NCBI GenBank assembly: GCA_028826165.1
Contig: JAPDFW010000079.1
Location: forward strand, 248,001 to 312,000
DNA: 64,000 nucleotides
Direction of reading: 5' to 3'
Source: Anaeramoeba ignava BMAN
Lineage: Eukaryota > Protista > Anaeramoebae
The translations under genes were made by a program, and so were the position numbers. Positions within the stretch are counted from its first letter, which is position 1. Each line of letters opens with the position of its first letter. Of this stretch, positions 35,419-50,520 are shown piece by piece. The notes under the pieces were generated by a model, which made no database searches, had not been told where the DNA came from, and worked only from the letters and a program-made list of their open reading frames with translations.

Positions 35419-38400
35419 TTAATCTTTATCTTTATATTTCTTCAAACATTCAATACATATTTTTGAAGGAGAATATATTCTCATATGTGGTAATACCCTG
35501 TTATTTTGATAACATTTAGAACATACAAATCTTGAACAAACTTGACATTCTCTTTTATGATTTGAATCATTAAAAAAATCACCACAAATTTCACAAGAAT
35601 CACCTTGTTTTTGGATTAAATCATTTTTCTCTTTCTTTGGAAGACTCCAAGCAAATAATTCACCATTTGTGTTTCCTGTATAAATTGTTTGGTTGAATTT
35701 GGAAACAAAAAGTGCTGTTATTGGAACATCTGAACAGTTCATTTCATAAAAAATCCACAAACCATTATTTTCTGAATCATTTTCATATAAATTTTTATAA
35801 ACTTTCCCTTTGTTGTTTTTGATACTCATCCATGATTTCCAGAATCTAACAACACCATTTTCATGTCCAGTCAAATAAACATGATCTTCACAAAATTGAG
35901 ACAAATTACTCATTTCCAAAGAGGTTATTTTGTTGTTTCCTTTTTGATTGAGAAGAATATCAGATTTGGCAATTTGTGTTCCATTCAAGCTCCAAATAAA
36001 AATTTGCAAATCAGAACAAGCAATAATTTCTCCAGAAATTGGGTTCATTTTAATAAAAAAAGGAACAAAATGATGGTTCTTCAATGATCTCATATATCTT
36101 AATTTTTCGAAATCCCAAACAATGCAAGTTGAGTCTCGAGAACCTGAAATGAAAACAGAATAACTTTTGCAAATGCAAATGGAAGTGATTTCTTTTGAAT
36201 GTGCATTTAAACTTGCAAGTAATTCCAAGTTGCTTTCTTGTTGATAAGCATTCCCATATTTTTGCATATTGACTTTCCAAATTTTCAAAACACAATCATC
36301 TCCTCCTGTAATAATAACATCATCTATAATTGATCCACAAACAACTTTTCCTTTATGTTTTTGTTCTGCAACAAATATAGTTGTTTTTTCTTCAACATTG
36401 CTCATTCTGAATGAAAAATCTGAGTAATTCCATGTCAAAACAATATACATATTTGTTGGTGATATTTCTTGATTATAACTTGCAACTGCAATTTTCTCTC
36501 CTTCTTGCTTAATATCACAAATTGGTTTTTCATGATGATGAATTTCCTCTTTTGATAGGAATGATGGGAAGGAATAAAATCCAATCGCACTTGTCCATTT
36601 ATTTCTTTTTTTCGGATGAGAATTGGATGTGTTTTCAATATTTTCTTTCTTGTTATCATTTCCATAATTCATTTCCCATTTTAATTCTTCTTCAATCCAA
36701 TTTAGTATTTGATAAGATCCTATTTTATTTTCTAATGCACTTCTGTGAATCTGTATAAATTTGATAATGCTATTTCCACTCCATTGTGGCATAATAACAT
36801 CATCTATTAATCCTTTCTTTTCTATTCCTGTGCTTAATAATTCTTGGTTATTTTTGAAAAATTCAGGAAAATAATAAAATTCTGGAGGAACTTTATAAAA
36901 ATTCATTTTCTTTAAATTGGATTCTGAAAATTGATTTGGAATTGAATTAAAATTTTCTTTTTGTATTTCTGAATCAAGATGTAAAAGAATTTTGGGATAA
37001 ATACGAACTAAATAGGATAAAATTAAATTAATGCTAAAACAAAAAAAAAATTAAATAATATAATGAGAAAAAGAAAATTTTTATATTTTTGATTTTTGAT
37101 TTACTTTGTTTTGTTTGTTAAAGAGGAAAATTGATTCCGATAATTTTTCTTTTGATTTAAATCAATGCTTTCACTTGAATAATCATTCAGAATTAATGGC
37201 AGAAAAGGATATTGAGAAAGATCATTAAAAGATTTTCCATTAAATCTATTGATTTGAAGTAAATATTCGAAATTGGAAATTGTTCCATTTCTCCATTTTT
37301 CTGTTTGAATTGGAAAAGTAGTTAAATTTTCCTCAATTTTTAATCTTTTTTCTTGTTTTTCTTTGATTTCTTCTTCTTGAATTCTTTTCTTTGATGATAA
37401 TTTTCCTTTAGAAATTTTTAAATTTCCAACATTTTTGCAAATTGCTTTTAATATTTGTTCCCAATTTTCATTGAAAAAAACAATAAAAAGACTTGATCCA
37501 TCGCTACTAAAAATTTCAAAAGCATTTTTTTGACTATTAAATTCACGAGGTAATATTTTTTGAATATCCAAAAGTTGGAATTGTTTATGTCGAATTTTTT
37601 CTGAGATTTTCTCAAGATTCAATAAATATTCTTCGATATTTTGGTTTTGATCCCAATTCTTTATTTGTAATTTGGAATATTCAATTATATGTATAGATTT
37701 TTCTGTTAAAATGAATTTGGAACGATAACAAAATATTCCTGATATTTTCATCGCTTCACATCTAATAAAAATTTCTTCTGAATGAGAAATTTGTTTTTCA
37801 ATTTGTTCAATCCTTTTCTTAGGTTTATACACGATGTTTTGATCATCTTCTTGTGTATGAGTAAATTTTCTCACAAGCTTTGTTCTTATTGATTCTCCAT
37901 GTTCTTTCTTATCGATTTGCCAAAAAGATTGATATTTTTTGGATATTTCTTTGCATTTGGAAAAAATACCCTTTTCATAAAATATCCTTTTTTTTGTTGA
38001 TCTCCAAAAGTGAAGTAAATGAAACATTTCGTTTTGATTCTTTTGCTTTTGTGCCTTTTCTTTTTGTTTTCTTGTGTTGATAATCTGATTCCAAGAATTA
38101 TTCTGAAAAATGATTTTTTGAAAATTTTCTTGATTTTTTTGGTCATTTTTGGAGTTTTCTCGTTTTCGTTTTTCAATTCTTTCATTTGTAAGATTTGCAA
38201 ATGTATTTTTTGTTTTTTCTATTCTTGATTTAATTTGAATAAAAGAATTAGCTTGTTTGGAATTTCTTGAGAAATTAATTTCCTTTTCGGATTCACTCAC
38301 AAAACGACTGAATCCTGGGAAATCATGAACAATTAATAAAAATCCATCATCAATTAAATTTCTCAATTCATTATTGTGATTTATATATTGGAAAAATGGA

Positions 38401-41400
38401 CGAATCAAATCAGGGATTGTGTAAAGAATATTCTTCCAAATTCCGTTTGATTTTTGAATAACATTTTCATCTTGAATGAACAGAAAATCCCACATAATAT
38501 AACAGAAAGCTCCAATAAAATCTGGATTATTATTTTGTTTATTGATGATGGTTTGGGAATTTTCCACTAATCCATTTAAAAATGTGATAATTTCTTCGTT
38601 ATTCTCTTGATTATGTTTTTTAATTGATTGTTTTTTGGATATTAAAACGGATATTATTAACCGATCTAAAGAAGAATAAAGACTATTTTGAAATTCTAAT
38701 AGAGATTGTGGTTCTTTTTGATGTTCTTTAGAAGGATCATTCTTTTTATTCTTTTTATTCTTTTTATTCTTTTTATTCTTTTTATTCTTTTTATTCTTTT
38801 TATTCTTTTTCTTATTATTTTCATTATTATTTTCATTATTATTTTCATTATTATTTTCATTATTAGAAGAAATAATTCCAATCAAAAAAACTAATAAATC
38901 TAAAGTTGGTAATTCAAGGTTTTTGTATTTTTCAGTGAATACAATTTTGGTAAGAAAATCTGATAATTTTATCGTATTTAATAAAAAAAGTTGTGAATTT
39001 TTGGTGATAAATTGTGATTTTTCCTGCAATTTAACTTTGTCAAGTAAATTTAAAAATATTTTTCCCATAAAAATGGATTGTTCTATTGAATTTAAATTGG
39101 AAATGAGAAAATCATAAAATCTTGTGATTATAACAATAGCATCTTTTGATTCTTTCATATTTTGAAGAATAATTTCAGTTAGAAAATGAATAACATTTTG
39201 CGAAATTTCATTATTATAAAGAAAATTTTGTAAAGAATCAAAATTTGAATTTGAATTTGAATTTGAATTTGAATTAGAATTTGAATTATTTTCTTCCATT
39301 TTGAGATAATTCTCATTATGGAAAGAAATTGAATCAAAACAACAAAAAATTGAAAGTAAGGAACTAATAAATTCATATTCTCTACAATATTGTTGGAATT
39401 CTTTGGAATTTTTGAAAACAAATATCAGAAATTTGATGCTTTCATTTACTGATTCAATTTGGATTCCATAATCTATTAATTGATTTTCATCAAGATTTTT
39501 GTTTTCAGTTGATTCTTGCTGTTGTGGATTTTGATTGTCATTGTTTTTTTTCGCAAACAAAATATCAAAACCAAACTGAAGATAGTTATTATAAGTTTGC
39601 TCCAAAAGAGGGAATAAAATCTTCCATGCTTGAGATGAATAAATTTGAATTTCTCCATTTTGATTTTTGATAACGATTTTTTCGATTAAATTTGATTGGA
39701 AATGGAATGTTTGAGGGAAATAAGCAATTTGTACTCCTAGAAACAAGGAAAAAATATAATTGAAGATTGTTAAAATTCCTGAATATTTGCGAAAATAATG
39801 AATCAATAACATTTGGCTGTTTTTCTTGATGAAAATTTTGTAGTAATTCTTATTGAGAAGCAATGTGAAGAAAATATTGAGAATTGAAAGGATAATCTTC
39901 TCAGGAATTTTCTGACTGAGAATAAGAAAGAAATAATCAGGATTTAAAATATCGAAAATAATCTTGTTTTTTTTCGAATTCTTTTCTTGATCCAAATTTA
40001 AAACCAAATCCAGAATTTGGTCAAGAATTAAATAAACAACTTTGTTCTCAAACGAATTAAATGAAGATATTCCATTTTTTAATCCTTGCCTGAACAGTGT
40101 TGTTTTCTTTTGATAAGAGTAATCATACTCGTCTTCATCAATTTCTAGTTTTGTGGTTTGGATTATGAAATCAGTCACTTTTTTCAGTGTGTCATAACTA
40201 ATTTGATCAAAGAAAATGAATCTTTTCAACAAACGAAGAATAATTCGAATGAATTGACTATCAATCGAGTCCTTCCTTATTCTCAATAAATTCAATAGTT
40301 TGGCTGCAATTTTTATTTTTTTCAATTGAAGAACATTAAATTCCATTCGAATATTATTTGCTGCAATATAAGTTGAAATTTTTTCAATAATAAAAGATTG
40401 AATTTCTTGCGGTAGATGCACAAAAATATCCCATTTCAGAAGAAGTTTCAACAACCCAAGATTAATCACAATTGTAGACAGATTATTTTGTTCCAAATTT
40501 AGAGGGTTGACTTCAATTATGTCAAAAAGATATTCAAGTGATTTGATTGAAAATAACTTGATTTGCTTCTTGAAGATGAAGAAAAGTAGATTTAGTGCTT
40601 TTGGTTCATTTTCTGGATTCAAACTAAAAGCATCAGTTTTGAAAATTCGAGTGAAAAATAAAATGTAGTTTTCAAATTCCTCTTTGTTTTTGGCATTTTC
40701 CAAAAGAACCAAAAGTGAGTATAAAGGTTCTGATTTTGAAAATTGCAAAATAAACCCGTTGTTGATATGAACTGAAGTATTTCCATGCAAAGTTGCCTCA
40801 TAATTTGTGTTGAATTCTGAAACATTGATTAATGTTTTTGTTTTTGATTTTTCTGAATTTTTGGAAATGGTTCTTTTGACAACAGATTCTGGATTAAATG
40901 AAAACAGAATTTTGCTATTCCAAAATGGGAAAGTTGATAAACACAAACCAAAACGCGTGAATGAATTGATTGCTTGAGGGAATTTGTCAATTTCATTGAT
41001 GAAAAAATAGTCTAAATTGGGGAAACGTGAAGTGAAAATGAAGAAATTATCCAGAAAATTCCCACGATAATGAATCCCGAAAGTGTAAAGAGCAGCAACA
41101 TTTTTGTGGGTCAAAATCTGGGAAGAAATATAAATCTGGGTAATTCTCCAAGAAATTCCCTGTTTGTTCATTTTGTGCAAAAGGATCAGCAAAAAACAAA
41201 TTAAATTCCGATTTTGTTTTATTTGGGAAACTAATTTTGCGATAATTAATCATACAACTATCCACATACAGCGTCATAACATCTTGTAATACTCGCGAAA
41301 ATGCATGAACTAACACAACATGTTGCCATTTCCCTTTCTGGAAAGTGTGTTCTTGGAAAATTATTTCTGGTTGATTTGTTGCTTTGATATGCAAATGATC

Positions 41401-44400
41401 TTCTGAAATAAATGCAGAAAAAGAAGAAGCATGATCTTGTGACTCAAAAGTGAAAAGATGATAATTGGAAGAGTTATAATTAGAGGAATTAAAAGGATCG
41501 CTTTCATCCTCTAAAAAGATCCAGAATGAAAGCGTATATCCGTTTTGTGGTGGCCATATTTTTTCTTCTATATTTGCCAACGAAATACCTGAAGAATGAT
41601 CTTGTTTGAAATCGAACAACAAATAATTTGATTCTCTCCCAATTTTAAGCATTTCCAATATCATAATCCAAAATGGATTTGGTGGGTTTACTGATAAAGT
41701 GATGAATTTCAAAATGTATTTTAAATCAGATTGTGATGAGTTTGTTGTTTGAATTTTCTGTATAATTTGAAATAAAATATTTTGGAACTCGCTTTTTTCT
41801 CCCAATAACATTTGAGAATATGTTTTGAAGATAAATTTGCATAATTTGACTTCAGATAGTTTTTGCATATTCATTGTATTTTTTGTTGTTGTTGTTAATA
41901 ATAATGAAATTTGTTGGAAAAATTCAATTTGATCTTTTTCTTCGTATTTCTCAATCAATTTAAGAGAGATTTCAAGTGGTTTTGTGTGGAAAATTTTCAA
42001 TTGGTTTCGCAAAGAAAGAATCTGCAATTTGTTTGTTTTTATATCAGGATTATGTATCGAAATTCCAATCAAATATAAGAGTAATTTATTCCAATTTTGT
42101 GATGTAAAAAAATTGGATGAAAATATCTTTTCATCAAATTGATTCATAATATTTTGTTTGAAAAAGCGAGATAAGATTTTGAATTTGCAAAGCGATTGAA
42201 TAACCAAACGAAATGACGCCGAGATCAAAGCATCTATTGAAGGAATTCTTTCTGTTTTTGAATAATCATATGAGAGTAAATCAAGGAAAAAAAGTTGATA
42301 TCCATTATTTTCAATAAAATATTTTGCAAAATCTTCGTTATTCTCCAAAAAAAATGCAAATGCATCAAGCCAAGAAGAGGCAGAAATCAAATATTCAAAT
42401 CTTTTTTCTGTTAATAAAGTGAAGAATCTTTGGAAGATTTCCGAATTTTTAGTTGAGTTCATTTGAATAATTTTTGCCACAATTTTTGTTGCTTGATTTT
42501 GTAATAACGGGAAATTCAAAATATTAATCATAAAATCCTTTTCTTCTTTTTGAAGAAAAATTTCCATTTTTTGCGGGAAATAATCTAATAAAGTATCCAA
42601 AATATTCATTAAATTATAATACAAATTAATATCAATTTTGCTATTTTCTCGATTTTCTGCATCTTCTTCTTTCAATAAAGATAATCCATCTTTTCTTAAT
42701 AAATTCAGCAATTCACTTTCTTTTGTATATTCTGATAAAATTTCTTTGCAATATTTGATTAAATTCTCAATCAACGGAATTTTGGAAATGAGTGTTGCAT
42801 ATTCTCTATTTGTTTCTAATGCGCTGATTAAAATGTTTATAATCTCAATAAAAGTTTTTTTGGATAAATTTTCCAATTGAGTAAATTCAAGTAATTTTGC
42901 CAAATCTTCAAATGAAATTTTTTGTTTAATTTTGATATAATTTGAGAAAATTGAAATGAAGGAAATCTAAAATTTGAGAATTAAAATTAAAATTAAATGA
43001 AAAAAAAAATATTTATTATATATATTGATTACTTGAAAATTTGGATCAAGTTGAGTAAAAATATCATAAAAAGCATTAATTGTTTCTGAATGAACCATTT
43101 CATAATTTTTGGGATTGATGCTAATAATTGAAACTATTCTTTGTAAAACAACCAAAAGATAGGAATTTGGAGAAGAATTAAAATGATTAAGAAAAAGAGT
43201 TTGCAGAATTTTGAAAGGGGTTGAATTTGTAATGATATTTCCATATGAATCATCTTCCAATTCCATTTTTGTTTGAAGATTTGGTTTCAATTCATTGAAT
43301 TCTTTCAAAAATACCAATTCACTAAGAATATTCAACACTTTTGAAATTTGAATTAAACAATCCGATCCATTTTCAAAAAAAATTTCCAAAATATTTAAAA
43401 TGATTTCATATGCATTATTTTCAAGGAAGTTGTTGTGAAAAAGAGTGGAAATTGGATGAGAATATTTCAAAGAGTTCAGAAGTAATTGTATAACTTGAAG
43501 AACTTCAACCCCAAAACCAGATTCTTTGTTATTGATAAAATTATTTAAATAATCAACAATTTCTTGTATAAATTTTAATTGTAATATGTTTTTGATAAAT
43601 TTGATTGAGAAATGATCTTTGTGGAAAATAATGTTGATTAAAGAGATGTATTTTTGAAAAAATTGTAATTTGTTTTGAATATTGTTTGTCTGGAAAGTGA
43701 TTAAAACTTGAATATATTTTTGGATGAGATTGTGTTGAATTAAAATGTTTGTTGCTTCCTTCATTGAAACAAGAGTAGTTTGAATGGAGGTTAATTGAGT
43801 GAATATTTTTGAGGATATTTCTTGAGCTATTTTGTTTTGTTTGGAAGATGAATTAAATCAAATCAAACCAAAAATTATCAAGTTATTAAATTTTTTACAA
43901 TTTAAGTTTGAATATAAAGATTTTTTAAGATCAACTTCATTTTCTATCACATTATCTTTAATTTCTTCTGGAAATATTAAATAATTTGCTAATTTTAGAA
44001 AATCAATGCAAACTTCAAGAAAGTTTTTTGATAAAAAGTGTTTTTTTATATTAAATTCTTTGATTAAAAATTGGATGTTTGTTAAAATTTCAATTAAATT
44101 ATTTTTTTGTTGAGTTTCTAAAATGGATTCTAATAATTTTTCTTGAGAAATGTTTTTTTCTGCAAGTTTTAGAATTGGAAAGATATTTTGAGCAAATTGG
44201 GATGCAAGGATATTTCCAAATTGAGAATGATTTGAAAATCTTTTATAATTTTATAAATAATTTTATAAATAATTTTATATTTAATTTTATATTTAATTTT
44301 ATAAATAATTTTATAAATAATTTTATATTTAATTTTATAATTAATTTTATAAATAATTTAATAAATAATTTTATAAATAATTTTATATTTAATTTAATAA

Positions 44401-45802
44401 TTAATTTTATAAATAATTTTATAAATAATTTTATAAATAATATTATAAATAATTTTATAAATAATTTTATAAAATAATTTAATAATTAATTTTTAATATT
44501 TAATTTAATATTTAATTTTAAATAAATAATTTTATAAATAATTTTACAAATAATTTTTATTTTATAAATAATTTTATAAATAATTTTTATAAATTAATTT
44601 TATAATTAATTTTATAATTAATTTTATAAATAATTTTTATAAATAATTTTATAAATAATTTTATAAATAATTTTATAAATAATTTTATAAATAAATAAAT
44701 TTTATAAATAATTTATAATATTATAAATAATTTAATAAATAATTTAATTTAATAAATAATTTATATAAATGAATTTTATAATTAATTTTATAATTAATTT
44801 TATAATTTAATTTTATAATTTTAATTTTTATAAATAATTTTTAATTTAATAATTAATTTTAATATAAATAATTTTATATTTAATTTTTTAATTTTAAATA
44901 ATTTTTTAATTTTATAAATAAATTTTAATTTTTAAATAATTTTATAATTATTAATTTTATTTAAATAAATTTTATAAATAATTTTATAATTAATTTAATA
45001 ATTAATTTTATAAATAATTTTTAATAAATTAAATTTTTTATAAATAATTTTATAAATAATTTTATAAATAATTTAATAAATAATTTTATAAATAATTTTA
45101 TATAAATAATTTAATAAATAATTTTATAAATAATTTTATAAATAATTTTATATTTAATTTTTATAATTAATTTTATAAATAATTTTATAAATAATTTTAT
45201 AAATAATTTTATAATTAATTTAATAAATAATTTTATAAATAATTTAATAAATAATTTTATAATTAATTTTATAAATAATTTTATAATTAATTTTATATTT
45301 AATTTTATAAATAATTTTATAAATAATTTTATAAATAATTTTATAAATAATTTTATAAATAATTTTATAAATAATTTTATAAATAATTTTATAAATAATT
45401 TTATAAATAATTTTATTAATAATTTAATAAATAATTTTATAAATAATTTTATAAATAATTTTATTAATAATTTAATAAATAATTTTATATATAATTTAAT
45501 AAATAATTTTATAAATAATTTTATAATTAATTTACTCAATATATTTTTCATTTGGTTTTTGAGAAAAACAATAAAAATATATTAAATTAAATTCTTGAAA
45601 TTTGTTCTGTTTTTCAGGTTTATTTTTTAATAAAACTAAATCACTCCAAGCTTTTCTTAATTTCATTGCATTTTGAAGATCATTCCAATTAGAATTTAAA
45701 AGAATTGATTTTGATTTTGTTTTTGATTTACTCACTAAAAAAAATTTTAAAATTTAATTTTATAAAAATGTTTTACTCAATAAAATTTTATTATTTAATA
45801 CT
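35419..45802 (-). CDS. Large BEACH-domain protein (ARM-like, ConA-like, PH-BEACH, WD40, FYVE-like), WDFY3/LvsA-like; introns ~45735-45801, 44240-45535, ~43827-43898, ~42966-43032, 37034-37104; frameshift ~41160
   Basis: WPPQNGYTLSFWI; GKWQHVVLVH; KWRNGTISNFEYLLQINRFNGKSFNDLSQYP; SGSRDSTCIVWD; C-terminal CxxC cluster. Confidence 0.85.
44240..45535 (-). repeat. Intron filled with 12-mer satellite (AAAATTATTTAT on the sense strand)
   Basis: GT at 45535 and AG at 44241-44240; splicing joins KYI-E-FSNHSQFG in frame. Confidence 0.88.
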
Positions 45803-45997
45803 TTTTTTGATTTATTTATTAATTTAAATTTGATGAAAGAAAAAAGGAAAAAAGAAAAATGAAATTATTTTTTTCTCCTTTTTTTTTTAATTTTTAATTT
45901 TTCTTCTTTTTTTTTTTAATAACGTCATTCAAAATTAAATTCATTTTTCATTTTTCATTTTTCATTATTCTTTATTACATTAAAATAGTTAAATTAA
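45803..45997. promoter_or_regulatory. Putative compact bidirectional promoter (BEACH / Kelch-BTB) with TCATTTT Inr-like motifs
   Basis: Head-to-head starts lie ~200 bp apart; TTCATTTT occurs on + (45940-45965) and on - (AAAATGAAA ~45855). Confidence 0.5.
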
Positions 45998-48900
45998 ATG
46001 TGTACATTAAATTCAAAATTAAATTCAAAATTAAATTCAAAATTCAAAATTAAATTCAAAATTAAATTCAAAATTAAATTAAATATTAAATTCAAAATTA
46101 AATTAAATATTAAATTCAAAATTAAATTCAAAATTAAATTCAAAATTAAATTCAAAATTAAATTCAAAATTAAATTCAAAATTAAATTCAAAATTAAATT
46201 CAAAATTAAATTCAAAAATAAAATTCAATATTAAATTCAATATTAAATTCAAAATTAAATTCAAAATTAAATTCAAAATTAAATTCAAAATTAAATTCAA
46301 AATTAAATTCAAAATTAAATTCAAAATAAAATAAAATTCAAAAATTAAATTAAAAATTAAATTCAATATTAAATTCAATATTAAATTCAAAAATTAAATT
46401 CAAAAAAATTAAATTCAAAAATTAAATTCAAAATTAAATTCAAAATTAAAAAATTAAATTTAAAATTAAATTCAAAAAAAATTCAAATTAAAAAAATTAA
46501 AAAAATTAAAAAATTAAATTCAAAATTAAATTCAAAAATTAAATTCAAAATTAAAAAATTAAATTCAAAAAAAATTAAATTAAAAATTAAATTCAAAAAT
46601 TCAAAATTAAATTCAAAATTAAATTCAAAAATTCAAAAATTAAATTCAAAATTAAATTCAAAATTAAATTCAAAATTAAATTCAAAATTAAATTCAAAAT
46701 TAAATTCAATTAAAAATTAAATTCAAAATTAAATTCAAAAAAATTAAATTCAAATTAAATTAAAAATTAAATTCAAAATTAAATTCAAAAAAATTCAAAT
46801 TAAAAATTTAAAATTAAATTCAAAAATTAAATTTAAAAAAAATTAAATTCAAAAAATTCAAAAATTCAAAATTAAATTTAAATAAATTAAAATTAAATTC
46901 AATATTAAATCAAAAAAAATTCAAAATTAAATTCAAAATTAAATTCAAAAAAATTCAAAAATTCAAAATTAAATTAAAAAAATTAAAAAAATTAAATTCA
47001 AAATTAAATTCAAAATTAAATTCAAAATTAAAAAATTAAATTCAAAAAAATTAAATTCAAAAATTAAATTCAAAAATTAAATTCAAAATTAAATTCAAAA
47101 TTAAATTCAAAAAAATTAAATTCAAAAAAATTAAATCTTCAATATTAAATTCAAATATTAAATTCAATATTAAATTCAAAATTAAATTCAAAATTAAATT
47201 AAATATTAAATTCAAAAAAATTAAATTCAAAATTAAATTCAATATTAAATTCAAAATTAAAATTTAAAATTAAATTCAAATATTTAAATTCAAAAAATTA
47301 AATTCAAAAAAATTAAATTCAAAAATTAAATTCAAAATTAAATTCAAAAATAAATTAAAAAATTCATTAAATTCAAAAAAAATTCAAAAAATTAAATTCA
47401 AAATTAAATTCAAAATTAAATTTCTAAAATTAAATTCAAAAATTAAATTCAAAATTAAATTCAAAATTAAATTCAAAAAAATTAAATTCAAAATTAAATT
47501 CAATATTAAATTTTAAAATTAAATTCAAAATTAAATTCAATATTAAATTCAATATTAAATTCAAAATTAAATTCAAAATTAAATTCAAAATTAAATTCAA
47601 AATTAAATTAACAAAATTAAATTCAAAATTAAATTCAAAATTAAATTCAAAATTAAATTTAATATTAAATTCAAAAATAAATTCAAAATTAAATTAAATA
47701 TTAAATTCAATATTAAATTCAAAAATAAATTCAAAATAAAATTTAAAATTCAAAATTAAAAATTAAAATAAAAATTAAGCTCAAGATCTTTATAATTGGA
47801 AAGAAGCCAAAGTTGAAACAGGAAAACCACCACCAAGAGCAAAACCAGCATGTGTAATTTTCAACAACAAATTATATTCATTTGGGGGATTTTACTCCGA
47901 AAATCCACCTAAAATGTATCGAGATTTATGGTCATTTAATTTAGAAACTCAAGAATGGAAAGAAGAAGAACAAAAAGGAACAATACCATTTGCAAGATGG
48001 GGGAATTCAACAAATTTATTCCAAGGAAGAATGTATATTTTTGGAGGATTAAGTAATGAAACAGGATTTTTAAAGGATTCAAATGACATGTTTTATCTTG
48101 ATCTTGAAAATAATCAATGGCATAAAGTTATTTACAAAACAGAATATAAAGAGAAAAAATATCCGCCTCCTTCAGCAAGAAATTATCACACAAGTGTTGT
48201 TTATAAGAATAAATTATATGTGTTTGGAGGTCAACATTATTCGTTTTTTTTTTCAACTCATTTCAATGAAATTTGGAGCTTTGATTTTGCAACAAATATT
48301 TGGGAATTAGTCATTCCAAGAATGAATGACGAGAAAGAATTAAATCAAGAATTAAATCAGAATGAAAAATCTCTTCCTCCAAAAAGAATTAGTCATACAG
48401 CCACTATTTATAAAGATCAAATGCTTATTTTTGGTGGAAAAACTTCCAGTGATAATTTGAATGATCTCTGGTCGTATAATTTTGAAACAAATCAATGGAA
48501 AGAAATTAAAACAACTGGAAACACCCCAAATCCAGTTGAAAGTCATAATTCAGTTATGATCAATAATCTTCATATTGTTTTTGGAGGATTTTCTCGCGCA
48601 ACAAATTTAAACAATAATGATGTTTTTGTGTGCGATATTTCTTCTCAAGTTTGGAGGAAAATCCCTTCAAAAAATCCTCCTTCTTCTCGAGATGATTTTT
48701 TTATGGGCGAATGGAACTCAAATATTGTTGTTTATTCAGGAACAAAAGGAAATAAGGAGTTTTATAATGATGTTCATTTAATGCAATTCGAACCCGAAAT
48801 TTCGTTTGATTTCAAAAACTTTTTCGCTTCAGAACTTGTTCTTGAATTGGCAACATTCCAAGTCACTTCTTCTGATAAGAAAGAAATTTTTGGTGTGGTT

Positions 48901-50374
48901 TGGCCTTTTTTTGATATTAGAATGGAGGAGCCTGATTTATCTTTTTTAAGCCATTCAATGTTTATTGATGAAAAAATTGAAGAAGATGAAAAAATTGAAG
49001 AAGATGAAAAAGAAATCAAAGAAAAAACAAAAACTCCAAAAATTCCAAAAACAAAAAAAATTGTTCCGTTAACCCCAAAACTCCAGCATATCATCAAAAC
49101 TAAACTGGAGCAATATCCATCACCAGTTTTAAAGATTTTCTTCACATTTGTTTATTCGGGAATTTTCGAAGTTCAAACGGAAGAAATATTCAAAAAAACA
49201 AAGAAATTAATTCAAATGTTCAAAGTGAATGGATATCGAAAAATTGAAAAGATAAATTATATTGGGGGAACAATAGCATTTCCAAAAATATTCTCAGAGG
49301 ATATCTCACAACTTTATCACGACGAAGACTCAAAGGATTTCCGAATCCTAATTGAGGATTCTGAGCTGAAAATTCACAAAATAATTTTGGCAGCAAGAAG
49401 TGAACTTTATCGAAGAATGTTTGAATCCGTTAACGACGATTCAAACTCCGCTCCTGATTTAAGCGGAAGAAGTATCGAGTCTTTGCAAGCCATTATTCGC
49501 TATCTTTATACTGATTCTGTTGAGCATATCAACTCAAATTCTTTGGCTCTTGACTTGATTAATGCACCAGATTATTATCAATTTTCAGGCTCAGAAAAAC
49601 TGCAAAAAAAATGCATTTCAATTCTTCTAAATGGTTTGAATCAAGATTCTGCTTTGGAATTATTCGAAGTTGCAGAATTATATGGGATTGTTAAACTTCG
49701 TGATTCTGTTATTAATTTTATTTGGAAAAATAAGGAAATTATTCCCAATTTGGATCAATTTTTATCCACAGATTTGGGTCTTGATTTGGCTGATGATCTT
49801 ATTCAATTAGATCAAGAAGAAACAGAAAGAATTGAGAAAGAAAATCAAGAAAAACTCAGAATTCACGAAGAAGAAGAAAGAAAAAGAAAAATTCAAGAAC
49901 AACGTGAAAAACAAAGAAATATTCTTAATCAAGATGAAGATAATTTGTTGGCAAATGATAATCTTGATTTTGGTTTTGGTGTGCTTGTTTCTAATTCTGG
50001 TTCTGGTTCTGGAATTCAACTTGAAAATGAACTTGAAATATTCGAAAATGAAATTGATAATGAAATTGATAATGAAATTGATAATGAAATTGATAATGAA
50101 CTTGAAAATCGAACTTGATAGAATTGAAAATCAACTTGAAACAATTGGAAACCAATTTGGAGATCTTCCTCTAAATGAACTTGATATTGAATTTGAAAAT
50201 CGACTTGATTCTCAACTTGAAAGTTATTTGAATGAACTTCATCAACAATTTAATTTTCCAAATGAAAATCAAAATTTAGATCAAAATTTAAATGAAGATG
50301 ATAAAGAAGATGATAAAGAAGATTATAAAGAAAACGATAAAGAAAATGATAAAGAAAATGATGATAAAAATTAA
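45998..50374 (+). CDS. Kelch-repeat + double BTB protein (LZTR1-like architecture); 4-nt first coding exon ATGT, intron 46002-47779, frameshift ~50110
   Basis: Spliced start MSQDLYNWKEAK..LYSFGG; about six Kelch repeats (GG..W); BTB KDFRI..KIHKIILAARSELYRRMF..YLYTD. Confidence 0.87.
46002..47779 (+). repeat. Intron filled with 12-mer satellite (AAAATTAAATTC)n
   Basis: GTACAT donor at 46002 and TAAG acceptor at 47779; no internal G seen. Confidence 0.9.
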
Positions 50375-50520
50375 GATCAATTTAATAATCACAATTTATT
50401 TTCTTTTATCATTTTCTTTTAAATCAAATAAAATCAAAAATCAAAATTATTTTTTTTATTTTATTATTTGAATTTCTATTTGATTTTTGATTAGAATTTT
50501 GATTTAAATTTTAATTTGAA

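Noticed and set aside
44079-47254. IKLF/LNLI/KFKI repeat ORFs, and the poly-IL ORF at 20092-20373
   Set aside because: Translations of 12-mer and 6-mer satellites.
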